Origin: Tubulanus polymorphus
Lineage: Eukaryota > Animalia > Nemertea
Length of the DNA stretch: 64,000 bases
NCBI RefSeq assembly: GCF_964204645.1
Contig: NC_134033.1
Coordinates: forward strand, 8,068,655-8,132,654
Direction of reading: 5' to 3'
Below the pieces are notes generated by a model. It searched no databases. It had not been told where the DNA came from and saw only the letters and a list, made by a program, of their open reading frames with translations. Positions 37,186-51,028 of this stretch are shown here, piece by piece. Numbering within the stretch: the stretch's first letter is position 1; every line of letters begins with the position of its first letter. A program made the translations under genes and the position numbers.

Positions 37186-38626
37186 TAGTCTGAATACCAG
37201 TCGTTGTTACGGTTCCCTACAACGTCTGACGCTAAATATCATATAGAGGTTAACTCCTGTTAATTGCAATGCAACAACTGATTTTAGTGTCAAATCAAAC
37301 CTTGGCTTTGTACTAAATAAAATAAATAAATTACTTACCTTGTTGACTTTGAAAACGTGTTTTAAAATAAAATTTTCTTGATTTAAATCGCGAACCGGAG
37401 AATTCATTGATTTGATTTGAATTGAATTGTTGATTGCCACTATCGGGATTTCCAATACGGACTAAATTAATAAAATGTGAAAATTCAATAGCCTATGTCT
37501 CTCTAAAATTACTTTAAATGTTATTTTGTGTTGATAAAACGCATAAATTTTGGTCAATTTTAACCTTGAAACAAGAATAATATCTGCATTGGCACCAAGT
37601 TTAAGTTCGAATCCGTAATTTACATTCCCATCATGTTATGTTATGTTGCTTCACTTCAACTGTTTTTTGAGGCGACTAGTCAAATGTTTTGAGCTACTAC
37701 GATCGTTAAAAGCTACTTAGGATTACAAATTTATGCACAAACAATACTTCCATCTGATTACAGAACAGTCAGTTTGAGGTGAGTTGATGGTGTTTTAAGG
37801 GGTGAAATACTATAGACGCTCAAAGCCTCGTCCCTCAAAATGAGGGACGAAAATTAACCTTATATGAGCACTTTCGCCCTGTCTATTTATTAATTGATGA
37901 GACCTGTTTTTCTTGGATATTTTGCTTACTTTTTGGGGTACATACCTCATTTATGTCTTAACAGAATGCCAAAAATCGCGGACAACAACTGAATATCCGA
38001 TATATTTCCAGTTCTGTACCAATTAGATGGATTGGCAAAAAGACTCCTTAAGTCCAGTTGAATGAGAGAGAAAATCCTCCATTTTGTCAAATTTCTTGGA
38101 TTTGAACATTGTTACCATGCCTACGCCACCCTGATTTAGTTGTTGAGACCCCACAAGAAAAATAACTTCATTTCGTAGGCATGGTGACAATGTAAAAATT
38201 CAAGAAATTTCACAAAATGGAGGATTTTCTCTCTCATTCAACTGGACTTAAGGAGTCTTTTTGCCAATCCATCTAATTGGTACAGAACTGGAAATATATC
38301 GGATATTCAGTTGTTGTCCGCGACTTTTGGCATTCTGTTAAGACATAAATGAGGTATGTACCCCAAAAAGTAAGCAAAATATCCAAGAAAAACAGGTCTC
38401 ATCAATTAATAAATAGACATTTTTATTAGACGTTGTTAACGGCTAGGTACTAATGTCTATTTCAACCTGACTTGACAGCATTCCTGATTTAGGTCGACTG
38501 CCCGTCCTTTCTGGTCCTACTAAGACCTTTATCAGGTATGTACTACCAAAAATGAGTGAGCTAGCTAGGCCACTCGGAATGCTCTCAAGTCAGGTTGAAA
38601 TAGACAATAGACAGTAGGCTAGACTA
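37186..38626. mobile_element. Non-autonomous element with TAGTCT..AGACTA ends and 9-bp TSD (AcademH-like)
   Basis: Perfect CAACGACCG direct repeat at 37177-37185 and 38627-38635. The family assignment is from recollection of AcademH termini and TSD length. Confidence 0.65.
37880..38419. repeat. Fold-back element: ~245-bp near-perfect inverted repeat with ~50-bp loop
   Basis: 37880-38125 is the reverse complement of 38174-38419. Confidence 0.9.
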
Positions 38627-40858
38627 CAACGACCGATGATCGAGTTTCAAAACGGACACGACTTTGTCTTTGATATTTGATTTTCGTATCGTATCGTTTT
38701 TGCAAACCAATGGAAGGCTTTTTTAAAAGCCTATTACTAAGGTTGCCTCGGTGTTTCGCTTTTTTAAGACGTTGCTAGCCAAATTGTTCACCCATTGGTT
38801 GACCACTCTTTGGCTAAAGAAGTGTTTCCTCAAATTCTTTCTTGATCTGGCCTTTGGAAGTTTCATTGAGTGGCCTCTGCTGGTTCTTTCCTGTTTCGAC
38901 TCTATAATTGTGAGTATACACGGTGATCATATAGCGACACGGGGTCGACAGTATATACGGTATTAGATCTTGGTAGCGAGAACAGGTAAGTCCAGAATAG
39001 GTCCGCTACAGGTGGGTACGCCTAGGTCGATTCTGCCCCTGGAGAGGACAGAATAAGGGGTCAATAACCGCCTTAGGACAATCGTCGAAAAATACTATGC
39101 GAACGCATAATCAAAAGAAGCAACAATTCATAGTAAATAATGAGAGGCGGCAAGGGCGAATATCCGACTTCGAGAGAACCCGCGTTGTTGTTAAGACAAC
39201 GCAGATTGCCCGGACCACGATTCGAGAGAATTCGCTCGAAGCTCAGGCGATGAAAGTCTTCGAGCGAGAAAAGGTAGGAGGCTAATAATCGAGGCGGGAC
39301 CACTCGAAGTCGAATAAACGTAATTTATACGGAATAAAAGGCTATGATGTTCTTCCATTGCAGTGATCCTTGGGCAGATTCTCCTTTGATTTCGGGGTCA
39401 GACGAAGTATCCGAGCGGGGCCGGAGCCCCGTCCGAGGGACGTGGTTTGAAATGACTTATCGCATCATTCCGGGGTCAATACTGTCACCAACGGGATCTT
39501 TGAATTCCACTTGAGTGATAGAATGTTTAACAAAACGTCCAAGAATGAACGAGTCACAACACGCAGAGTTCCTGTCTTCAGAATTACTTTTATTTTACGG
39601 ACTGATCACAACGGTCTAAATGTTTACAGCGGTCTCCCAAACGGTCCAAAACCCCCAGTATATTCAATCTCCAACCCATCTCATTAGCGAATGACATTAC
39701 CAATGCCCGTTAATTTCTCATTAGTGCAACAGCGTTGCCCATAAAAATATCATTATTCAACCGAAATATTTAGCAAAGGACGTTATACGTGACAGTTTCC
39801 CATTAAAATGTCACATTACTTTGAATAATGTTTTCCATCAGCAGTTGTTGCTTGCAGAAGAGCCAATATCTACGAGCAACTGACGCGCATTAGTCGTAAG
39901 GTTCAATCTCAGTACAAAAAGTTATATGAAAGCTGACGCTGGAATTATTGTCGTCAAAGTTTGAAAAGTTTTATCACGAAAGATGGCACTGCTGAATGAG
40001 TTGGATAATGAATTCAGAGTAGTTTATGATATCGTTAGAAGATGGCAGCACTGCCTATGAATTGAGACTGCTGTTGAAACTCAATAATACCGTTGTCCCA
40101 ATACAGACCTGAGTAAGGCAATTAGACTGTGCGTCTGGCGATTTTAGAAGATCAATTACTCAGCGAGCGATAACAACCTCTCTCAACGTGTCTCGAACAC
40201 GGAATGTCAGGAATGCGGTTCTGACCGCTCTTAAATAGGCCGCCCTCTACGCCGATTGGGTAATAGCCAAATCACTGCGCGATTGAAAATGTCGGCGTAC
40301 GCGGCTTTGGGTAGGCATGCATGACTGGAATTTTCGAAATCAATCCTCATTTGGATATTTGTTATTAAAAGAGCAGAAACCCTCCACGGAAAAGATTTGC
40401 CAATATCCCAGGTAACAGGGACTATTTTGTAAAACGGCCGTCTACGATAAGGTGACGCGGCACTTCCGGTGTTCAGCGATTTTGAATTGTGCGGCTCTGA
40501 ATCAGCGAGAGTCAGGTCTGAAGGTTGGATCCACGGCCAATCTCGCCACAATCATATCGCCACGTACTCTGCGATAACTCTTCTCTCGTACTCTGGCCTG
40601 AAACCCTGATTTATCAATTACTCGCCACACACACTCTTTAATCTTGGTATCTGACTCAGATTCGATTAACAACTCGATCCAGATGTTGCCAAAAACAAGA
40701 TAAAATCACAGAGCTGAAAAATCTTCAAGTTGCTGAGCCAGCATCACCCTAGCAACCCCTAATTTTGAAAGAGCTAGCAGGGGTCAAGGCATTATTGCCA
40801 TACCGAGAGAAATCCCACAATAACAAAGCCAAAATTGAAAAATTCTATATCAGAATGA

Positions 40859-41152
40859 TTGTACGTATTTGAGGATCGACGTTTCGGCTTCAAACGCACA
40901 CTCGCGAACTACCTTTTGTTTCTCGCACAATCCATTTTGTACAAAAATCACTACAATTTAGAACAAGGCTCTGGCCGCATCAACACTATAATTTATTTCA
41001 AAAACTCGCTAATAGATCGCCTAAACCATGAAATCATGCTTCAACAAAACCTTCATATTTGGACTCTTAACAATGTACTTATACACCTGGATGCAAACGG
41101 ACTGAACGTAGTAAACAGAATCACAATCGACACCATTAGCGTAGTCTATTAA
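40859..41152 (+). pseudogene. Possible C-terminal fragment of a LINE ORF2
   Basis: LANYLLFLAQSILYK..IW resembles L1/Tx1-type ORF2 ends. Weak evidence. Confidence 0.25.
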
Positions 41153-42867
41153 TTAAACCCAACGCCCTTTTTATTACTTACACCTACATATCCCGACTTT
41201 GACACTTGAGGTATGTTCTGATTTAGATCGAACAGGGATGACGGTCTATCAATACGCATAGAACTGTCTGACCACTTTTGCTCTATATCATCACATACGC
41301 ATTAGTTTGTTAGTTTACTGTTTCTGATGTTTTGACTGTAAACTCAGTCTCATTGCCACGATAGCTGGAACGCTGCCTCCGTTTGTGACCTTAGGATAGC
41401 AAGCTCAGTCTATCTACGCGCAATGGTGACTGGAAAGTTGCCTCTTGACACCAGTCTCATTAAAAGCTACCAAAAACCTAATCGTGACAATGTAAATAAA
41501 ACCCGATCAAGACTGTATAGATGTAAGTGTACAAACATGTATTCAATATTCACGTGTCTGTGCCGCTTTCTTACTGACGGTCTATCAATACGCATAGCAC
41601 TGTCCTTTTGATTGCGATACATTCACGGACCTAACTCACTGTATATTAGAAACACATAACTGCTCCCAGTGTAAAACTTATACTTTTAGGCAAATTCAAC
41701 ACCAGATGTGAAGTACCAACTGTGCACCCCTTGACGGAGAAACCCATCCTCATTGGAGCTGCACCGTCGATGTCATACAACTACACTTCGGATACCCCAG
41801 GGCCATACTCTCATCTGGAAAATTTGCGTTTCGAAATGTGCTTTCTTCCTATCTAGTCAACACGCGGGATCATCAACTTAGAGGACTTCTACATCAACAT
41901 CTACCCGAGAAAAAAACCACAATTAACTATCGGACTATTTACACGCAGAAAACGACCAAAAAAATATAAAAGTGGACAAAACAACTGTTAGCCATCATCA
42001 GGCGTACTGTGTGGGCTGCAGTGCCACTTAGAACCGGGTCCGTAAGAGAAGAAGAGAGTAAACCGGGAGAACACGTCTTTACTGTATCAGCATCATAAGA
42101 CAACTAACCCCTGTGAAGCTGGCTCCCGGTTCCCAGTTCCTTATTCAGCTCCCGATTCAAAATGCTTTTGAACCGGGAGCCGAATCGGGAACCGGGAACC
42201 GGGAGCCGGCTACTGGTTCAGCTCCCGATTCAAAATGCTTTTGAACCGGGAGCCGAATCGGGAACCGGGAACCGGGAGCCGGCTACTGGTTCAGCTCCCG
42301 ATTCAAAATGCTGTTGAACCGGGAGCCGAATGGGGAACCGGGAACCGGGAGCCGGCTACTGGTTCAGCTCCCGATTCAAAATGTGAAGCTGGCTACTTAT
42401 TCGCCAGGTGGCGCTGGTGTATAGGGGCAGCACCTAACGGTTGACGCGGTGTACTGAACTGTGCGGACGTACTTTCGGCGCGCTCCTTGAATTACTTAAA
42501 CGACCGTCAAGGTAAATTTTCACATTTCACTTACAAACATTATCCAAGGAAACTATTTTTTCTACCTTAGATCTATTATATTCCGTTGCCGTTTTTATGC
42601 GTTTAGCCCGTATTAGCTGAGAATTTAGTATTAATTATTCGGCCACGACAGACACTAAAAACTAGCTTATATCAAACGAATTAACATCGCATAGTCGACA
42701 AAGACTAATCGCACCGGTTGATGACAAACGAACTAACGTGCGTAGGGCCTAGATTAGTTTAATTCTTTGCGTCCAGTTAATCCCGTTTCTATATATTGAA
42801 ACTTAACCGATTTGTTTTTCTTTTTCAACCACAAAATCTGTGTGATATTCGGTGAGACCTGGAGAAA

Positions 42868-43653
42868 ATGGCGGGAAGACAAAGTGTTTCACCCCCTAAC
42901 AAGAAGCAGAAGACTGCAGCATCAAATCGTCCGAATCGCCAGAATCATAAATCGACTGAGGAAACGGCATCACGTGTGGAAGCAGACAATGGAATATCGT
43001 CAAAACTTGATGCGATTCTTTCCCAGCTTTCGAAATTAGAGCTTCTAGACGACTTGCAGAGGGACATGACCGAAGTTAAACAATCGCTTGAATTTTGCCA
43101 CCAGGACGTATTACAACTAAAGAGTGAAAACGAACAACTTAGAAGCAAAGTTCGCGATTTAGAGAAAGTCGTCGCTGATCAGGACGCAATTATCAAATCG
43201 GACCATGAACTACTCCTAGATCAGCAATGGCGTAGCATGCGCGATAATTTGATCTTTTACGGCGTCGAGGAATCCGAAAATGAGAATACCGAGGACTTAA
43301 TTAAAGGCTTTTGCGAGAAAGACCTTAAGTTACCGAAGACGACCGTGGACTCATTCAAATTCGCGCGAACACATCGCCTTGGACGAAGGAAAAACGAACA
43401 GAAAAAACCGCGCCCAATTGTTGCAAAATTCGAGTTCTTCAAAGATCGTGAACTGGTACGTTCAGTTGCGAAAAATCTCGCGGGCTCGTCTTTAGGACTG
43501 AATGAACAGGTGCCTGAGGAATGGGCGGCGAGACGACGCGAAAAGCTACCCGAGCTGAGAGCCGCGAAAGCGAACGGAAAACAAGCTTTCTTTGTACGGG
43601 ACAAACTCGTTATCCGCGAAAACCGTGACCGCGTACCGATGGACAGCCACTAG
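42868..43653 (+). CDS. LINE ORF1 (coiled coil plus RRM-like, L1-ORF1/Transposase_22 type)
   Basis: Heptad repeats; RSMRDNLIFYGV, RTHRLG and PRPIVAKF motifs. Confidence 0.85.
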   Translation: MAGRQSVSPPNKKQKTAASNRPNRQNHKSTEETASRVEADNGISSKLDAILSQLSKLELLDDLQRDMTEVKQSLEFCHQDVLQLKSENEQLRSKVRDLEKVVADQDAIIKSDHELLLDQQWRSMRDNLIFYGVEESENENTEDLIKGFCEKDLKLPKTTVDSFKFARTHRLGRRKNEQKKPRPIVAKFEFFKDRELVRSVAKNLAGSSLGLNEQVPEEWAARRREKLPELRAAKANGKQAFFVRDKLVIRENRDRVPMDSH

Positions 43654-46600
43654 GAACCAGCGGAGGGACTTTGCGTACAATTCGTAGACCGGACTGTCCT
43701 TGTATCTCGAAGTTGTTGTTATGTTATAGAATTTGTAAATAGTGTAAATTTATGTGACAGTTATCCAAATGTAAATAGAGATATCGTTGGCTCGCATGTA
43801 AATTCTCATACGGTAGATACATACCCTGATGTAAATAGTAACAATCATGTACCTGATGTAACTCCTAACAATTTCATTTCTGATGTAAATAAGCGAAATA
43901 TTAACACTTCTGATTTAAATAAGCAAAATGTAACTAGTACAGCAAACGCAGCAAACATAAGTGAAATTCCTTGTATCAAATCATCATTAAAGTTTTCTAC
44001 GCTGAATGTATGTGGCCTTATAGCTAAACTCGATATCCCAGAATTCTGTGAATTTATTAGCAATAATGACATCACATGTCTAACTGAAACTCACTTAGAT
44101 GATTTAGACGGTAATTTAGGTTGTAGCTTGCCCGCCTCCCATATGGCGCACTTTAAAAATAGGAAAAAGTTTTCAAAAAAAGGATCAGGTGGCGTCGGTA
44201 TCATATATAGGAAATTCATGAAAAATAAAATAAAACCAATTTCGACTGACTCTCAGTTTGTATCTTGGTATTTATTAGATAAAGATTTATTTAATCGCGA
44301 CAAACATGTACTTTTAGGTGTAATTTATATTCCTCCAGAAAATAGTCGTTATTTTTCAGAAATAGCTATCAGAGAAATTGAAATAGAGTTATTGCAATTG
44401 AAAGTTGAGTATGATTTCAATGTGTTAATTTCTGGTGACTTTAATGCTCACACCGCTTGTATGCCAGACTTTTTGGAACCTGATAATCAGATAATTCAAG
44501 ATGATAACTTAGACCCTATTGTTGACTCATTGATTAATTTAGGCGTTCCCACTACTAGAAATAATCAGGACAAAAGTAAGAATAATACAGGCTATCAACT
44601 AATAGATTTGTGTAAGAACCATTCACTAATTATCCTCAATGGCAGATGTGGCAATGATCAGACAGGTAATTATACTTTTAGGAACACTAGTGTCATCGAT
44701 TATTTTGTGTGTGATTTAGAACTGTTTGGTTATGTTGAGGACTTTGAAATAATGCCTTTTGACCCATTATTATCTGATGGACATAATCCTATTAATCTGT
44801 GCGTGTATACGAATTCTAGGGACACCATTGCTAGCGATAATGAAAGGGGTAATGAACACGCGAACTTTAAAACTTCAATTAGGTGGGTCAGTACTAGATC
44901 AAATCAATTTTTCCTGAATGTAGAATCAAGATTACGAGATAATGATTTAGATAAGTTACTGTTGGACGGGTTGCAAGATCTAGGAAATCAATCGCCAGAT
45001 GACATTAATGGACTTACCGATAGATTTGTATCTTCTTTATTATCAAGTGCTGATGAGTGTAATTTGATGTACCATAGAAAAAGTAGGAAAAGTAATAACT
45101 GCAAAAAACCGGTCCGCAACAGATGGTTTGGCAGGGACTGTAGAGATGCACAGAAGAAATATAATTATATGAAAAAAAGATATAGGGGTTGCCCTACCCT
45201 TTCCAATTTTGAATCCCTTAAGAACTCGTCTAAAAACTATAAAAAGGTCATCCGAGAAAATAAGAAGAAACAAAAGGATGAATTTATTAAGGAATTGAGA
45301 GAATGCGAAATTAATAACCCAAAAAAGTATTGGTCGATGCTAAACTCTGCGAGCGGAACAAAAAATAATGAGGCTAATATAGATATTGATATTTTTCTTG
45401 AACATTTTATGAGATTAAATGATTTGAATAATGTTAACAATGAAACCGATTACGGTGATGAGCCCCCAGACGTGGGTGACCATCCTGTCTATGACAATTA
45501 TATTTTGAACAGTGATATAACCAGTGATGAGGTAATTAAGGCTATCTCTTTACTCAAAAACAATAAGGCCCCAGGCATTGATGGAATCACGAATGAGCTG
45601 CTGGGAGTTAGTCAGTATCCGTTTTTAGTTGATATATTACAAAAATTATTCAATTTAGTTCTTAAAACAGGATATGTTCCAGAGATGTGGTCTATAGGCG
45701 TCATCAAACCCATTTTCAAAAAGAATGGCGATCCCTCTAATCCTGATAATTATAGAGGTATTACCTTAGTTAGCTGTCTTGGTAAATTATTTACAAGTAT
45801 CCTAAATCAAAGATTGTCAACATTTCTAGATACGAATCACATTATAAGTGAAGCCCAGGCTGGCTTTAGATCGAAATATTCCACCATTGATCATATTTAC
45901 ACGCTTAAAACAATCGTAGAGCTGTATCTTTGTCAGGGAAGAAGACTTTTTTGCGCCTTTGTTGATTTTAAGAAAGCTTTCGACTCGATTTGTAGGGTAA
46001 AGTTATGGCGAAAATTAATTGCTAACAATGTTAATGGAAACTTTTTCAATGTGGTCAAAAATATGTATAACTCCATAAAATCATGTGTTGAATTAAATGG
46101 TTGCACGTCACAATACTTTGCAGCTGATAGAGGCTTAAGACAAGGCGAAAATCTCTCACCTATCCTCTTTTCGTTATTCTTAAACGACATTGAAGAATTT
46201 TTCATTGATCGTGGAAACCGACTTTGTCATTTATAGAAAAACTAAATTTGAATCGTGATCAGGATATTGATACTTTACTGAATTTATTCATAATACTATA
46301 CGCAGATGATACAGTTATTCTTGCTGAGGATGAGAAATCTCTTCAGCTACACTTAGATACCTTATTTGAATATTGCGCGGCTAATGGTCTCACTGTTAAC
46401 CCAGAGAAAACTAAAGTACTAGTATTTGCGCGAAGTAAATCCCGGATAAAAACGATTTCGAAATTTATGTTTGGTGATCAAGAGTTAGAGGTAGTTGAAG
46501 ATTATGTTTATCTCGGAGTAAAATTCAATTGGAATGGTAACTTTGCTAAGGCAAAAAAGTATCTTTACGACAAAGCTATCAGAGCTATGTTTTCGATCGT

Positions 46601-47456
46601 TCAAAAAGGCAGACGTTTGAAATTGCCCATAGATGTTATGTTTAAATTATTTGATACGTGTGTTGCTCCAATAGCCATGTATGGGTGTGAGATCTGGGGA
46701 TATGAAAATCTTGATTTATTAGAAAATATTCATTGCTTCTTCTGTAAAATCTTAATGAAAGTGACGAAATATTCTCGCAACTTACAAGTTTTATCAGAGC
46801 TAGGACGTTACCCTTTGAATATAGATGTTAGACGCAGGATGATTAACTTTTGGGTGAAAACAGTATCTGGAAAGCAAACCAAACTTAATTCAATACTCTA
46901 TAAAATATCTTTCAATTTATTTATAAGGGATAAATTTAAGAGCCCTTGGTTATCATATATAAAGAAAACGTTTGATGACTGTGGTTTGTCCTGCATGTGG
47001 ACGCAGCAATTCATCACTAACAGTAAATCTTTTTCAAAACGAATAAAACAGATACTCCGTGACCAGCACCTTCAAGAAACTGTATCTACCATAAATACTA
47101 ATCCGATATACACTAACTTTAGGCAATATAAAAATGATATTAGGTTAGAGAAGTATATAATAGAACTTGGTGACGACTTAGGAACTAGTTTATTTGAATT
47201 TAGGGTCGGGTCCTATATTTTACCTGTGAACAAATTTTCAAACCTTCATTTAGACAGAGCCGATAGAATATGCCCCACTTGTAATACTTTAGGTGACGAA
47301 TCCCATTTTCTGTTTGACTGTACCTTACTTAACGAACAACGCAAAAACTTTTTGAATTTGAATACCTTTAATACCCTTGATATTCTGAAAAACCCAACGG
47401 TCAACTTAGCTAAATTCATTAAGACCGGCTTAGATGTATATAGATCCTTCCAATAG
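43654..47456 (+). pseudogene. LINE ORF2: AP endonuclease, RT and CCHC tail; frameshift at ~46230
   Basis: TLNVCGL, LTET, GDFNAH, SVIDY, SDGH; KAPGIDG, NYRGITL, DFKKAFD, QGENLSP, YADD; CPTC..GDESHFLFDC. Confidence 0.9.
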
Positions 47457-48699
47457 TATATATAGTATTGTAAATAGTTGATGTATATAATAGTATATAT
47501 AGTATTGTAAATAGTTGATGTATATATATATTTCGTTACGTTTTCATTCTCTAAATTTTAATCACTTTAGTGTTGTTTTGTAAATATTTGTATATACATG
47601 TGTAATAGTTTTCCTCCATATACCATGGAAATGGTTGGAGTGTAAATAAATCGTAATCGTAATCGTAAACCGTAGTCCAGACATTTTACGTAACTATGTC
47701 TACTCTGCTGATAAACAAACTCGACCTCGACCTTGACAAGAAATCGCCAGGTGTGGCGCGAGCCAATCCAGACGTGTAAACACGATTGCGTATGCGACCG
47801 CGAGACTCGCGGTCAGCTGTATGTAGCTATACGTCAGTAAGCTGCGTCTATTAATAACATAACTTGGTTCAAGAACGTGCGTATTGCTCGGTCGTTTTTC
47901 TCGTCACCAATCGACTTCTTCATATGTTATTCGCCTCTTTAATCATTTAATCAATAAACCATCGATTGTTCCCGAGCTATAGGGTATTGATTAGTCAGCA
48001 CTGAAAGGGTTAAGAAGAGAGGAAGTTTCTAACGAAAGTTATCGAATCCCCAAGAAAACAATATCTGCAAGCCCATGAAATTGTAAGATATAAAATAAAC
48101 AGACGCTTTCTGCCCGCCGTATAAATCACCCTTCATGCAGGGTAAATCCATTGTCGAAGATGAAAAAACAATCACTTCAATATTCTATTTAACTTAATAT
48201 TTTCCTATCTATCAAATTCCATAGAAAACATAAAAGAACATTTTTCTCATCCCTAAACCGAAAATAGCTTGAAATGAGAGCGCACACAAAATTCTAATGC
48301 AATAGTTACCACGGCTGCATGGTAAAACAGTGAGACCACTAACATTGGCGCAGAGATAAGATGGTTGTTTAGACGTCTCAATTGCAAAATGTGAAGCTGG
48401 CTACTTATTCGATTCGACTCTATTGCGGACAGCAGGTAAACATAATTACGTAACTATGTCTGCTGAAATGAGTGCAACCTTGACCTCGGCCACCAGGCTA
48501 ATCGAGACGTCTGAATTAACACCACGCGTGTGACGATTTCCTCCCGATTCAAAATCATTTTGAATCGGGAGCCGAATCGGGAACCGGCTCCCGGTTCCCG
48601 GTTCCCGATTCGGCTCCCGGTTCAATAGCATTTTGAATCGGGAGCCGAATAAGGAACCGGGAACCGGGAGCCAGCTTCACAGGGGTTGATAATAATATA

Positions 48700-49520
48700 A
48701 TTTCACCTGATCAACATGGATTTGTTAAGGGTTAATCGACCAATACACAGCTGGTTGAAACCCTAAATGACTGGACGACTTATCTTGACAACAACGATTT
48801 TGATGTGGTATTTCTCGACTTTAAAAAAGCCTTTGACAAGGTCGCACATAAAAGACTGCTCGAGAAAGTAGAAAATTACGGAATAAGGGGAAAACTTTTA
48901 GACTGGATCAGTGACTTCCTAGCCAATAGAAAACAGGCTGTTTGTATCGACGGTGAATTATCTGGATGGAAAACTGTAACCAGCGGAGTCCCTCAAGGTA
49001 GCGTTCTAGGCCCATTACTGTTTGTGATATATATCAATGATCTACCAAGTGGCATCAAAAGTACAATGAAGATGTATGCTGACGACACAAAGATATTCAG
49101 GGTAATTGGAGATGATAATGATGGGAACATCCTTCAACATGATCTGAATATGCTAAGTGAGTGGGCATTAAAGTGGCAAATGCAATTCCATCCAGAGAAA
49201 TGTATAGTTACGCATTTTGGCAAAAATGACAGACCGTATGAGTACACACTGATATCGGAAGGAAAAACCGTTAGAATCGCCGGAAGTAGGCACTCGAAAA
49301 GGTACAGCGGATGGCTGCGAAGCTGGTTCAAAGCCTTAGAGATATGTCGTATGTAGACAGACTGAGACACCTAAAAGTGCCGACCCTCTCTTACCGTAGA
49401 GACAGAGGCGATATGATTATGACATATAATTATATAAGTGGGCACTATAATGTCAACACCTCAAAGCTGTTACCCCCTGAAGTGAGCCTTCGTCAACTTA
49501 GAGGGCATACTAAGAAGGTG
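48700..49520 (+). pseudogene. CR1/L2-type LINE RT fragment
   Basis: QHGF, LDFKKAFDKV, SGVPQGSVLGPLLF, YADDTK, RRDRGDMI; internally deleted. Confidence 0.85.
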
Positions 49521-49895
49521 GGGTGGTTTACTACCCCGTGCGCCTAGACTTGGAAGGGCTGAAACAAATCACATAGGTGTTGCCGGATTAACAGCTGGGT
49601 ACCAAACTGCTAGGGTTTCGTAAAAAAATGTATCTAATAATTTTCGAGTAATTATTCAATCAATCATTGTTAACCAATTCGTCAAATTCAATTTAATGTT
49701 TATAGTAAAAGTTATAAAAATTCCAATTACTTATCAAAAATACTAATCAATGAGTTAAAAACCATTTTACTAATCATAACCAATAGAGAAGGGAGTCTCT
49801 GTCATTCCCCAAACCGGGAAACCTATCAACGAAATGAGAAACAACGAGGAGGATAACCACAGGCTCGAAGGAGCCTACCACAGATCCATCACAAT

Positions 49896-50155
<260 letters not shown>

Positions 50156-50235
50156 TAGTATGTTTCGTAGTATTTAGAAATGTTCTTTCCGTATGCGTGG
50201 GGGTTACGTTAAAGCCGTCAGACAAGAACGTACTA

Positions 50236-51028
50236 ATAACGAGTTGATTAAAATTAGATTTTTAAAACATAAAAAGTGTGAGTAAAGTGTGAGTGAAATA
50301 ATTCATATTTAAAACATTGAATATTTATATTTGTATGCGTTAGATTAATTTTATATAAGTTTTGTTATAAAAATGAAGAAAGAAGGCGTTGTATTTAGAC
50401 GTAACAATTTTATTATCTAAGTTACATTGAGTTCCTATATCTTTGAATGATTTTTCCTTTGAATGATTTTTCATTAACTGATTCACATTGAATTCCAATA
50501 TTTGATGAATTTTCATTATAGATAATTTGTTTATTATCAAAATTGAAATAACATAATTTTCAATTTAGTCTTTTTTCAATTCTTAAGTTAATCAAATCAT
50601 TGTAACCTTTCGAAAGTATTAAATCACTATCTCTTTCATTAAAAGGAGTTTAAAGCATTCAATTATTTTTTCATCTAAAGTTCCTTTATAATTTAAAACT
50701 GTATTAAATATTTTAACGCATATAAATATTCAATGTTTTAAATATGAATTATTTCACTCACACTTTACTAACACTTTTTATGTTTAAAAATCTAATTTTA
50801 ATCAACTCGTTAATTACTCGTTAATTTCTATTTTATTTCACACTTTACTCACACTTTTATGATTAATATATAATTTATTTTAAAATATATGAAATTCATG
50901 TAAATAATGTTCATTTATATGAAATTATTAGAAGTAATAGGGAATATGGGGATTCAAGTCAAAGGTTGAGAGGGAGAGTGAGCTCGACCTCTCGACCTTT
51001 GGCTTGAACCCCCATATTCCCTATTACT
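50236..51028. mobile_element. Truncated terminus of a second, related Maverick family
   Basis: AT-rich; ends ...ATATTCCCTATTACT like 29456. Contains a 96-bp terminal hairpin (50933-51028) and ~105-bp inverted repeats (50236-50341 and 50714-50812). Confidence 0.7.

Larger units (their letters stand above)
42404..47668 (+). mobile_element. Near full-length non-LTR retrotransposon (APE-RT LINE; RTE-X/CR1-group-like, clade uncertain)
   Basis: 5'UTR, ORF1, ORF2, and a 3'UTR ending AATAAA followed by (ATCGTA)3. Confidence 0.88.
42106..48687. mobile_element. TIR element with internal ~66-bp GGGAACC-rich repeats, split by the LINE insertion
   Basis: AACCCCTGTGAAGCTGGCTCCCGGTTCCC.. at 42106 is the reverse complement of 48628-48687. 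Confidence 0.75.

Noticed and set aside
39000-40720. Possible minus-strand LTR/PBS (TGGTGACAGT at ~39490)
   Set aside because: No paired LTR, no CA end before the PBS and no coding motifs. Left unannotated.
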